64,000 bases of DNA from Tetramitus jugosus (Eukaryota; Protista; Heterolobosea), in NCBI GenBank assembly GCA_937625935.1, contig OW569354.1, forward strand, positions 124,001-188,000, given 5' to 3'. Every line of letters begins with the position of its first letter. Position 1 is the stretch's first letter. The notes below the pieces were generated by a model. It saw only the letters and a list, made by a program, of their open reading frames with translations. It was not told the origin of the DNA and searched no databases. Position numbers and translations under genes: made by a program. Positions 24,819 through 34,475 of the stretch are shown here, one piece after another.

Positions 24819-24959
24819 TGTGAATTGTGTGCGTGTTGATGTTGTGTGTATTGATTGGGTTGTTTTTTCGTTTTTTGGTTGGTGTTTCCACCGTGTTCAC
24901 ACAAGATGCATTCAATGATTTTCTGGATTGGCAAAACACCGACAGACGATACAAAAGGT

Positions 24960-25032
24960 TGCCGAAAGCGTGGATCGAACACGCGACCTTAAGATCTTCA
25001 GTCTCACGCTCTCCCAACTGAGCTATTTCGGC
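24960..25032 (-). tRNA. tRNA-Phe (GAA)
   Basis: GCCGAAATAGCTCAGTTGGGAGAGCGTGAGACTGAAGATCTTAAGGTCGCGTGTTCGATCCACGCTTTCGGCA; full cloverleaf with anticodon GAA. Confidence 0.96.
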
Positions 25033-25072
25033 TTCTTGTTCATAATTCCATCGAATTGTACCATTTTTATTT

Positions 25073-25087
25073 TTGTGATGGAGAGTA
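25073..25087 (+). repeat. Target-site duplication, left copy (TTGTGATGGAGAGTA)
   Basis: Identical to 26514-26528. Confidence 0.92.
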
Positions 25088-26513
25088 GGGCAGGGTGGAT
25101 CAACCGAGTGAATCATATAGGCAAAGCATTGATCAAACGGGGTTCTGTTGCAATGCGGAGGTACCCCTCAGAATTGTTGCATGTGGCGTGCGATAATGGT
25201 GGCTTCGGTCTCCGTAGATTTGAGGAATCATTGCTGGTGAACACTGCTTGGTTCATCATCAACATGCTGAAAGGGAAGCATGATGGCGAGGCTCACAGAC
25301 TGTTGTTGGATACGCTTGAGGAGATCAGGCATCTACAAACATTCCAGGTAGAGAATGTATTCCAATCCAACAACAGGATTGAGCTCGTCGCACATAGCTA
25401 TCTTAAGTGGTGTGCTGTCCGTATGCACACCAACCACCTCACTATTTCTTGTGGGAATGAGGTCAACTGTCTGAGTTGCAATCTGGCACTCTCTCAGCCA
25501 AATGACATCATCAAAAGGTTGTTCAAGGTGGGAATAGGGCTGAGGAGTCAATTGACAGTGGGTGGAAAGTGGATCAGGCATAGCGAATTGGTCAAAAGGC
25601 ATGGAAATTTTGGAATTAGTTCTCGCAGATACAAGTACTTGACAAGTGACCTTGAAATGCTACAGTGCAATGGAAATCACGAGCATTCAGGCGACACTAC
25701 CCCAAGGTTAATGTACAATGATAGTTTTGAGGTCGTAGAGAAGGAACAGTTGTGGCGAGTCTTCTTGCGACGACATAGGGATAGGGTGAAAGAGGAGAGG
25801 GTATGGTGGATACAGTCTAAGTGTTTAGGAGGTGCTGTAGATTTTAAATTTATGAGATGCCCTTTCAGGGTCGACCGTGCACTGGAATGGTTTGTGGCTC
25901 AGGTGAAAAGTCACACAATTCACACTAAGGCCGTTGTCCAACATCTCTATGGAGTAGTGGACATGGATACGCTATGTCCCAAATGCAAATTTGAACAGGA
26001 AACGGTGTTACATTGTCTCGTTAGATGCCCGGTGGCGATAATGGCCAGAAAACTGTTGGTGAAGGAAGTTTCCACCAAGCTGAGTAAAATGGGTCTTCAC
26101 AAGGACCAAAGAGTAGACATGTGGTTCGACAACCAACGATGGAGCAACGGCGCATTACTAGTCAATAAGCGGAGGAAAACTAGCAAGGAATACATGCTTG
26201 GCATGTTGGGTATTGAAACAAGGGCGCTGAAACAAGTGATCAAAGGACTGACGAAGAGTGGAATAGAGAAGAAGAAGGCAAGGGAGAAGGCCCAACAATT
26301 TGTCGATCATACAAAGAGGAGATGTGTGGAGGTGATGCGACGCCTCTTCACGAGTTCAAAGGAGATTGCTGGTTGCTAATGCTCTACGAGCATTAGCAAC
26401 TACTTGAATCAATAATGACGGCATTCTGCCGTCACGAAACCGATACAGAGAATCAACAAAGAAGTAAAATGAGCAACCAACGGTTGTATTTAAAAAAAAA
26501 AAAAAAAAAAAAA
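25088..26513 (+). mobile_element. 5'-truncated non-LTR (L1/Tx1-like) retrotransposon
   Basis: ORF2 C-terminal remnant (post-RT GGFGL motif, zf-RVT CPKC..ETVLHCLVRCP), stop at 26379, 3'UTR hairpins, 22-A tail 26492-26513, 15-bp TSD. Confidence 0.92.
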
Positions 26514-26528
26514 TTGTGATGGAGAGTA
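26514..26528 (+). repeat. Target-site duplication, right copy
   Basis: Immediately follows the poly(A) tail; identical to 25073-25087. Confidence 0.92.
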
Positions 26529-26752
26529 CAATTGCAGAGAATCAAGTGGCAACGAGCTAGTTGTCTAAAAAACTAGTTATGGGGAGAAATAGAACGTTTT
26601 TTGTTTGATGCTTTTGTGGTGTTCGTGTGATCTTTGGTGTTTCTCTTCTTTTCTCTGGAAGGAAACACTCCGTCTCCGTCAACAAAAAGATTTTTCCGGA
26701 CAGCACAAAACAGAATCAATTACGACGAGTGATCTTTCTCTCTGTTTTAACA

Positions 26753-28379
26753 ATGGCAGCCAGATATCGTCGACCAGACAATCAACGATACAAAATGTTG
26801 TTGGAAACTCTTCCAAACATTGGTTTGGCAATCATTTTTGGCATTTTTCTGTTGATTATTCTCGCTTCTGCATCATTTAGCTTCTTCACAAATGATGCCT
26901 ACAGCAGCAAGTCATTTGCTGCAAGTGGAAGCAGTGATATCACTTCGATATTGGTAAGCTTTTTGTAATTTTTTTTCACTTGATCCTAATGTGTGAGAGT
27001 ATGTAAAAGCTAAACTTGTTGCGATCACACACAATTCAATCCATGACAGAAAGGAGAGACTCAAGTCGAAGGATTCATCAGTAAAATGAAAAGATTGAAT
27101 ACAGAGCTTTTATTCTGGATGAAAATGTCTCCTAGTCAAACAGTGAGTGAACTAACAGGTTTCAAGCATGATTTGCTACTGAATATTACTGTTCTGGGCA
27201 GTACGAAGCTATACTCATCTGATCAGCAATCGATTAGTGATGAAGGAAAATTTGTTGAGCTCACAAAGAATACGACTTGGGAGAATCGAAGAGTTTTGAC
27301 TTGTTATCAGGGAAAGGACATGTGTGAACCGATTGTGTTGTTCAATGAACCATTTGTTCGATACAAGACATATTGGATACGAATTCGGTTCTTGAATCTT
27401 AAGGAGCAAGCTGATCGAAATGTGTTTGATTCGAATATATTGTTTGGAGTCAATTATGTGGATGAGGAGTATGCGAGAGCAGATATTGCGTATCGATATG
27501 TGTTTTTGGTGATTTCAGTGATTAGTGCATTATTGTTCTTTGGTATTGTGAGATTTAGACAACGGTTTGATGTTTGGCACACGGAGCAAAAGTGGATTGC
27601 AGTCGCACTCTTTCTCTTAATTTTGTACAATAGTATGTGATGTTGTTTGTTTATTTTGATTGTGTCTCAGTTGCTTGATATATGAAAGAATGAACAATGT
27701 TTGACACTCGTGTGAATTAGACCCATTATATGCTGTTCAGTTCTATACTGGATCGTTCTTCCTGCCATTGGTTAATATATTTTTTCGAGTGTCATTCTTA
27801 TGTTTAATGATGTTGGCAATGCTCGTTTTTACACACAGCATGCACACAAGACAGGAGAGAAGAGATTTGGTGACATTCTTCCTGCCCAAGTTTATAGTGG
27901 TTGGTTCCTTGTGGGCAATCGGTTCCGTCACTTATATATCTGCAGAATTTAACAAGATTAATGACCCTACATATTCGATTCAAAACGACAATCCATACTA
28001 TAGATATGTGGTGGTTGCGTTGTTCATGTCCCTAGCTGCTTACGTGATTATGCTATGGTACCATATATCCAAATCAGTTGTTCAAATGATGGCCTTACCG
28101 ACCAAGTACTCATCGAAATTCAAAATTGTGTGGGGAATGACATTGGCGATTTTGTGCTCAACTATTATTTTGTTCTTCGTGGTCTATGCATTCAATAAGA
28201 TGAACCAATCGCTGTTTTTGATCACATTCCAGGTTCTATTCAATGTCTATCCTCTTCTACTGGCGATATTGTTCTTACCATCAAGTCACAGAGAAACCAT
28301 ATCAGAATTCCAGGATACGGATACCACGAGTTTTGATATGCAGGAGGAGGTATTCACTTTAGGCAATGAAAGTGATTAG
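26753..28379 (+). CDS. TMEM181/Wntless-like multi-pass membrane protein; 3 exons (introns 26954-27049, 27633-27720)
   Basis: N-terminal TM, lumenal domain with C..CEPIVL, WHTEQKW..LF.ILYN|NP, FFLPKF, multiple TMs. Confidence 0.8.
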
Positions 28380-28430
28380 ACAACATAAATATTTATTGAT
28401 TTTGTACAAATGAAGTTCACACGCAATTAT

Positions 28431-29594
28431 TTACAATTTGCTGGGCAATACGGGGTCTCTATTGTTGAGAAAACTGGAGTAATCGAGAGCTGGTTTCATC
28501 ACCTGGTGCTCACCAATCATGTGTCGCAACGAAATCAATGGTTCAGTGAGTAATTCCTCGGGCTTGCGTACTCGGATAATTGGAAGCTGACTCGACATGA
28601 ACAGTTGTTCCCAATCTGCTGCCGTTTGACGAGACAGAGCAGATTGAATCAGTTTCTTGAGTGAGTCTCTTTGTTTCCCTTGAGCAAACAAGTGTTGGGG
28701 AGATTCATATTCTTTTGACAGTCCAATCAGATTGATAAATTTCTTCCAGAAATGTGGTTCTAGACAAGCAACTGTCAACCATGTCTGATCCTTGCAAGGA
28801 TAAATATCATAGGCAGGTATGGTACCTGACAGAATATCCCTACCAGTGATCGATTGTTTTCCATTTGTACCAAACAAAATGCTGTACGGCATAATCATTG
28901 ACGATAAACTAGCATCAAACATGGATACATCAATCGTACATCCAGGATAATTACTATTGGATTGTTGTTCACATATTGCAGCTGTAATCTGCAAGGCGCA
29001 CGAGTAAGCACTCATGATATCAGCGAGTTGAGCAGGCAATGGTGACATTTCCTTGATATTGCCGTGTAATTGATCACTCGGAGACATTTGAATGCCAAGC
29101 ACTCCAGCATGAGCCAAACTGTTCATGTCATGAGCAGGCACATTGCGAACATTGTCACCCGCATTCTGACCATATGCCGATATCCGAGCGAGGATAATAT
29201 CGGACTTGTATTTTCTCAATTCTTCAAGAGCATTGCCATTTGATATGCCCAATAGTTTCTCCAACACACCAGGTCGATAGGATTCCAAGAGGACATGACA
29301 CGATCGAACTAGTTGCAAGAATTGTTCACGATCAGAGTCCTTCTTCAGATTGAGCGACACGACCGTTTTTCCTCGGTTCAAAGCGTGGTACAGGAGACTA
29401 ATACCATCGGATTCATGCAACGGTGGCATAAACCGAACAGAGTCTCCACCGTTTTCGACATCTTCAATCTTGATGACTTCACAACCCATATCAGACAACA
29501 ACAGAGAACAGAGAGGACCAGGGTAAAGCCTAGAAAGATCTAATACTCGTTTTCCCTTGAGAGGGAGAGGCATGGTTCTTCCATGTGACGACAT
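28431..29594 (-). CDS. CoA-transferase family III (CaiB/BaiF, AMACR-like), C-terminal SKL
   Basis: PLKGKRVLDLSRLYPGP, LNRGK, ESYRPGVLEKL, AHDMN, PAYDIYPCKD, LEPHFW; ends -SKL (PTS1). Confidence 0.9.
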   Translation of the reverse strand: MSSHGRTMPLPLKGKRVLDLSRLYPGPLCSLLLSDMGCEVIKIEDVENGGDSVRFMPPLHESDGISLLYHALNRGKTVVSLNLKKDSDREQFLQLVRSCHVLLESYRPGVLEKLLGISNGNALEELRKYKSDIILARISAYGQNAGDNVRNVPAHDMNSLAHAGVLGIQMSPSDQLHGNIKEMSPLPAQLADIMSAYSCALQITAAICEQQSNSNYPGCTIDVSMFDASLSSMIMPYSILFGTNGKQSITGRDILSGTIPAYDIYPCKDQTWLTVACLEPHFWKKFINLIGLSKEYESPQHLFAQGKQRDSLKKLIQSALSRQTAADWEQLFMSSQLPIIRVRKPEELLTEPLISLRHMIGEHQVMKPALDYSSFLNNRDPVLPSKL

Positions 29595-29740
29595 TGCTTC
29601 TTTTTCTTTCTCAATGATCCTATCGCTGAATTCAGGCGGAGAAAGATCTGGAACGGAGAAAGGGAACAACCGGTTATTTACGAAAGAAGAAGCGTGTGAA
29701 CACGAGAGGTTGAGTTGATTGGACAAAGCGTGAGTCAGAT

Positions 29741-30272
29741 ATGAGCAATCGTCCACCACTCTCTCCTCGAAGCAATTCGATATTTCCTGAGGGACCCAAC
29801 CTCAGACGGTATCACATTCAAACGAATTCCTTTTCCCAAGATGAATTCTCGGATGTTTCTATTGGTTCAAGCGATGTTTTACAGACAAACAGTGTTATTC
29901 AACCTGTAAGCATGAATGTAGTTTCTCCAGTGTAAGTTGCTTTCTTGTTTGTTGAAAGAGGAATTGTCGTTCGATTGACTGAACAACAACTTTTTGATAC
30001 CAAGTAGTATGAGCGTTACATTGGACCAAGAGAGGAGGAACTTGAGAGATAGAAACTTTGCTCTTGTGATGTTTGTGTTGGGCTTCTTCATTTTCTTGGC
30101 TTGGCCTATAGGGTTCATTCTAATCGCCAGAAGAAAGGACTCATCCGCACGGACGATTTCGAAAATATCGTGCGTCCTTTGTATTATATGGTGTATTCTA
30201 GCTTCGCTTGCTACGTTTGCAGGCATAATTGTTGGTGTGGTACGCAACAAACACTGGTGGGCCCCGAGTTGA
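29741..30272 (+). CDS. Small 2-TM membrane protein; 2 exons (intron from 29932 to 30004 or 30007)
   Basis: GTAAGT donor and tandem AG acceptors join two ORFs in frame; two hydrophobic helices. Confidence 0.6.
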
Positions 30273-30353
30273 GATCCAAATTTATCGCAAAGCAATGTGT
30301 TGTGCAATCATGCATTACGGAAACATGTCCTAAAAATTTTGTTATCTCCTTCG

Positions 30354-31967
30354 TTACTCCCCATTAAAATATTTCAATCTATTTAGTAAAGCAATTGGTT
30401 TGTATGGAAATATTCCTCGATGATGCAGTCTATCAATATCGTTGTATAGGTTTGATAGTACGAGTGTCACAATTTGATATTCTGGCATTTGTTGAGCTGG
30501 GTAGATCACGTTGTTACTAAGTTCTAACTGGAATAGCTCAGGATCGTTGTGAATAAAATCGCAGATAGCTATTAAGTATGGAAGAAATTCGATTGTCTCA
30601 TTGCTGATCAGATACTCTAGTAGTATTGAATGTTGAAAGTCAATGTATGACAAAAACTTCATCAGTGCACGATGGGGTGATATCATTGCAATTTTGTCAA
30701 AGTCAACAACTTCTGCCAATGATATGTAGAATGATAGCAAGTAATTGAGAACAGATATTAGAACTGAATCATCACCTCCAAATAACTCAAACAGTTTTCT
30801 ATACAGGGTCTCTTCGTCGATTCTATCCGCTATATGAGTCAGGAACAATGTTCCTGCCCTTTGGATGTTGTTCTGACACAAATTCTCAAATAATAACATA
30901 AAGAGAACCCATAGTTGTCTCTGAATTAATATATCTTGAACTTGTATGATGTTTGTGCCTTGTTCAGTGATATCCATGGATAAAAAATCGCGATATACGT
31001 TGTTTTGTGTCATACTGTTCAACACAGAATGACAAATATCAAAGCTGCTCATTCGACACATATTGGTTACGAGTTTAACATACTGAATGACAGGGGGATT
31101 GTCTTCAGAGGCTTTGATTGCCAATAGACGAGTCAATCTTGCCAACAGATCATCAATCTTCTCATGTGTCGCAAGTAGCAAAGAGCGCGAGAATAGGTCA
31201 CATTTCAACATCTTGCTCACACATTTCACGACTTCGAATGACTCCATACTATTCAAGTCTTTTCGAAATAGCCAGTTACCCACTAGAGCTCGAACTACAT
31301 TGCTTACTTTTGCTTGAGTGATCACGCAAAGTTCATTGTCACCACTCTTCAGATTCGATTCTCGTTGAAGTATCCGTACGCAGTTCTTAATGAATTGAAA
31401 CGCAATTTGAATATTAAACTGAGTAGATTCGTGCATCACTTGACCCTTATTGGTCTCACTCTCACATTCAACTGACCCCTGTAGCACACGATCAATCAAA
31501 TACAGTACACTTGACCGTAGCAGCTGCTTGTCAACAACCATCTCAATGTTACCAAGCAATGTCATGACCACATTCATCGCTGCATAAGAAACAAACATGT
31601 CCTTGTGAAACAACATGCGTTCGCACATCACCTTCACAAGGGCAAGCTTTTCAAAATGAGCAACAACAGTGCAATCCTCGTCATGAAAAGCTCTGGTAGG
31701 AAGCAAGTAAGATTGAAATGGTTTTCTATACCGTTTCATCAACTCCTCCAAGCGATTCATCTGATACAGTAGAACATCTTCTTCTGTGCATTGGGTATTC
31801 GTCAAACGGAACAATGAGTCAAAAAAAGTGGAAATGATTGGTCCAAAGTTGTCATCTGAGACAGTCCTTAGTTTCTTGAGGGGATGATCATCCGTGGAGC
31901 TTATGCAATCTTGACCAGACAAGGCAAGAGAAAGCTTTTGGAATAAAACTTCTTGATCTTCGTTCAT
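30354..31967 (-). CDS. Lines homolog (LINS1-like)
   Basis: LFGGDDSVLI, FQHSILLEYLISNET.EFLPYL, IDRLHHRGIFPYKPIALLNRL resemble the Lines C-terminal domain. Confidence 0.7.
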   Translation of the reverse strand: MNEDQEVLFQKLSLALSGQDCISSTDDHPLKKLRTVSDDNFGPIISTFFDSLFRLTNTQCTEEDVLLYQMNRLEELMKRYRKPFQSYLLPTRAFHDEDCTVVAHFEKLALVKVMCERMLFHKDMFVSYAAMNVVMTLLGNIEMVVDKQLLRSSVLYLIDRVLQGSVECESETNKGQVMHESTQFNIQIAFQFIKNCVRILQRESNLKSGDNELCVITQAKVSNVVRALVGNWLFRKDLNSMESFEVVKCVSKMLKCDLFSRSLLLATHEKIDDLLARLTRLLAIKASEDNPPVIQYVKLVTNMCRMSSFDICHSVLNSMTQNNVYRDFLSMDITEQGTNIIQVQDILIQRQLWVLFMLLFENLCQNNIQRAGTLFLTHIADRIDEETLYRKLFELFGGDDSVLISVLNYLLSFYISLAEVVDFDKIAMISPHRALMKFLSYIDFQHSILLEYLISNETIEFLPYLIAICDFIHNDPELFQLELSNNVIYPAQQMPEYQIVTLVLSNLYNDIDRLHHRGIFPYKPIALLNRLKYFNGE

Positions 31968-32146
31968 CAATTATTTCAATCGGGAAAAAGCGGGAGAAAA
32001 TCTCCGAGAATGCATAAAGGGCGAGAGACCGCATGACAAGAACTACCATCTTGAAATTGAAAGGCCACGATACTGTGAAATAGGTCAGACTTCATTCTTT
32101 CTTCAGGATGTGACACACAAACTATTTCACAAAGAAGAAGGTTATA

Positions 32147-33364
32147 ATGGCGAAACAAATTGTTCACATCATTGGCGCGGGAGTCGGTGGACTCACATTG
32201 GCAAAATGCCTATTGCAAAGCAATAAGTTTACAGTGAAGGTCTTTGAGAAGGCACCTGGAATGAAAAAGGAACTTGGTGCTGGATTTAGTATCACAACTT
32301 CATCGATACTTCTTTCTAGGATTGGATATGATATATCCCATATCGTGCACCCAACCAGCACACTTGTGAACTATACTCATACAAAGGTTCTGGGAGAGAG
32401 TGAACTGTTTTCTCACATGAAACAGCATTCGAAGTTTGCAGATTCCTTTCAAAATATGGGCGGTGGAGTTGTGAGAGGTGAACTGTTGGAGTTACTTGTG
32501 AAAGGATTGCCCGAGAGTACAGTTGTATTCAACAAGAATCTGATTGATTTCCATGAGATAAATGATGGGGATAGATCTGGTGTCCAGTGCACTTTTGAAG
32601 ATGGAACAGAGGAATATTGTGATATCTTGGTGGGTGCTGACGGTATTGGAAGCAATGTGAGAAAGGCCCTCATTTTCTAACATTGGAGTCTGGTATGGAA
32701 TGTCGAAATTAGATACCAATAGTGAAACTTATCAAAGTATGATTGGTAGAGCATACCAGATCCATGGACCTAACGGTCAATTCTTCATCAGTTATCCATG
32801 CGGACATGAAGGTAATGTAACGATTGCACTTGGATTTCCAATGGATGTGCCAATGCGCGAGGACTGGAGTCTGGAAGGAGCCAAGAAGAATTACAGAAAA
32901 TTACTCAAGAATATAACCATCAAATGGTGCATGACATTGTCGATAATTCTGTCAGACTCATGAAGTTTGGTCTGTTTTATAGGGAACCAAGTGAGGCTTG
33001 GTTCAAAGGTCCTGTGGTTCTTCTTGGAGATTCAGTTCATGCAATGCTACCATTTATAGGACAAGGTGCTAATCAAGCCATCGAGGATGCATACACTCTA
33101 TCTAAGTATTTATCCAACGATGATATGTCGCTCGAAAAGGCCTTTACCGCCTATACCAATCAACGAAAACCTAAAACCACTAAACTTGTTCAAGCTGCGA
33201 CAACAGTAGGTCAGTATCATATCGAGTCTGGATGGTTCAGAGTACTATTGAGAGAATGGTTTTTACGGTTCTATCATTGGACGGGTTTGTTCCAAAGAAA
33301 AATCACTGAGCAGTGGGATGGTGTGCTAGAAGATTTTGCTCACGACAGACCAAAGTCTTCATAA
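32147..33364 (+). pseudogene. FAD-dependent monooxygenase with two frameshifts (~32670, ~32885)
   Basis: GAGVGGL, GADGIGSNVRK and LLGDSVHAM.P..GQGANQAIEDA lie in three different frames with no intron signals at the junctions. Confidence 0.75.
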
Positions 33365-33530
33365 ACACCTATCAACACTGGAAGGAACGTATTGAAGGAC
33401 TGCGTGCGATACAATCGAACACGACCAAAATAAAAGGAACTTCTGCTTTTGTTCGGTTCAGAAAACTTTGGTCTTTGACCAAACACACAAACCAAGCAAC
33501 AAGAACACAAACAACAAAAAAGAATAATAC

Positions 33531-34265
33531 ATGTGTGCCCTTGCGAGATCATCGACTACTACTCCTCTGGATCATGTCGCACTCAACTTGTTGAATTGTC
33601 CAACAGAGAGTCATTTACAGCCCGTTGTTCTGCTTACCACAGGTTCGTACAATCCAGTTCACAAGATGCATATCCACACGATTGCGGAAGCGAAAAAGGA
33701 ATTGGAAACGAGATATAACATGGTAGTACTAGGTGCTTTTATTTCTCCATCTCATGATCGTTATGTGGGAAACAAGTTGAAAACAGATGCCATACTAGGT
33801 GAGCATCGATTGGCCATGTGTGATAGTGCCATTCAAGATGCCGGTTATGGAGAATGGTTAATGGTTGATCGATGGGAATGCATGAATTCTAACTTTATTG
33901 ATTTTCCATCATGTGTCCGGACCATGAAGGAATATGTGAACCAAACAATTGTGGGCAATTATCAAGAGATTAAGGTGCTGTACTTGTGTGGAAGTGACTT
34001 GTTTTTGAAGTGTGGCCAATTGAGAGGACTACGGAATCGTGGCAGTGGTGTAGTGGTACTCAAGAGGGACGACGGTAGCTCATTAGGAATGGATCAAGTC
34101 CTTACATCTGATCCATCGACCAATCTGTATGTCATGAAGTCAAACATGCTGGAGAAGAATGATGTGTCCTCGACAATGATTAGAACATTGAAGCAAAAGA
34201 ATGAAGACTACTCGTATCTCACCTTTCCATCCGTGTACGAATACATGACTCGGCACAACCTCTAA
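33531..34265 (+). CDS. NMN/NaMN adenylyltransferase-like
   Basis: GSYNPVHKMH (HxGH-like), SPSHDRY, HRLAMC, VDRWE, CGSDL, VSSTMIR. Confidence 0.85.
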   Translation: MCALARSSTTTPLDHVALNLLNCPTESHLQPVVLLTTGSYNPVHKMHIHTIAEAKKELETRYNMVVLGAFISPSHDRYVGNKLKTDAILGEHRLAMCDSAIQDAGYGEWLMVDRWECMNSNFIDFPSCVRTMKEYVNQTIVGNYQEIKVLYLCGSDLFLKCGQLRGLRNRGSGVVVLKRDDGSSLGMDQVLTSDPSTNLYVMKSNMLEKNDVSSTMIRTLKQKNEDYSYLTFPSVYEYMTRHNL

Positions 34266-34475
34266 CAGCATAATAAAAAACCTTCAAATACATCTCCGTC
34301 AAATACAGACAGCAGATGAGAACGCAACATCAGCTATTTTGACAGAAAAGATATTCCCCGCAATTCAAAATCACGTCAAAATCCCCAAAAGCTTTTTCTT
34401 CTCAGAAGGACCAAAAGAACGAACAACCACAGCAACAACACGTATATCCACACAGAAGTAGATCTTCTGATCATC

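Noticed and set aside
24928-25077. N-terminus of the 483-aa ORF
   Set aside because: It is the antisense of tRNA-Phe plus flank, outside the TSD, so not part of the element protein.
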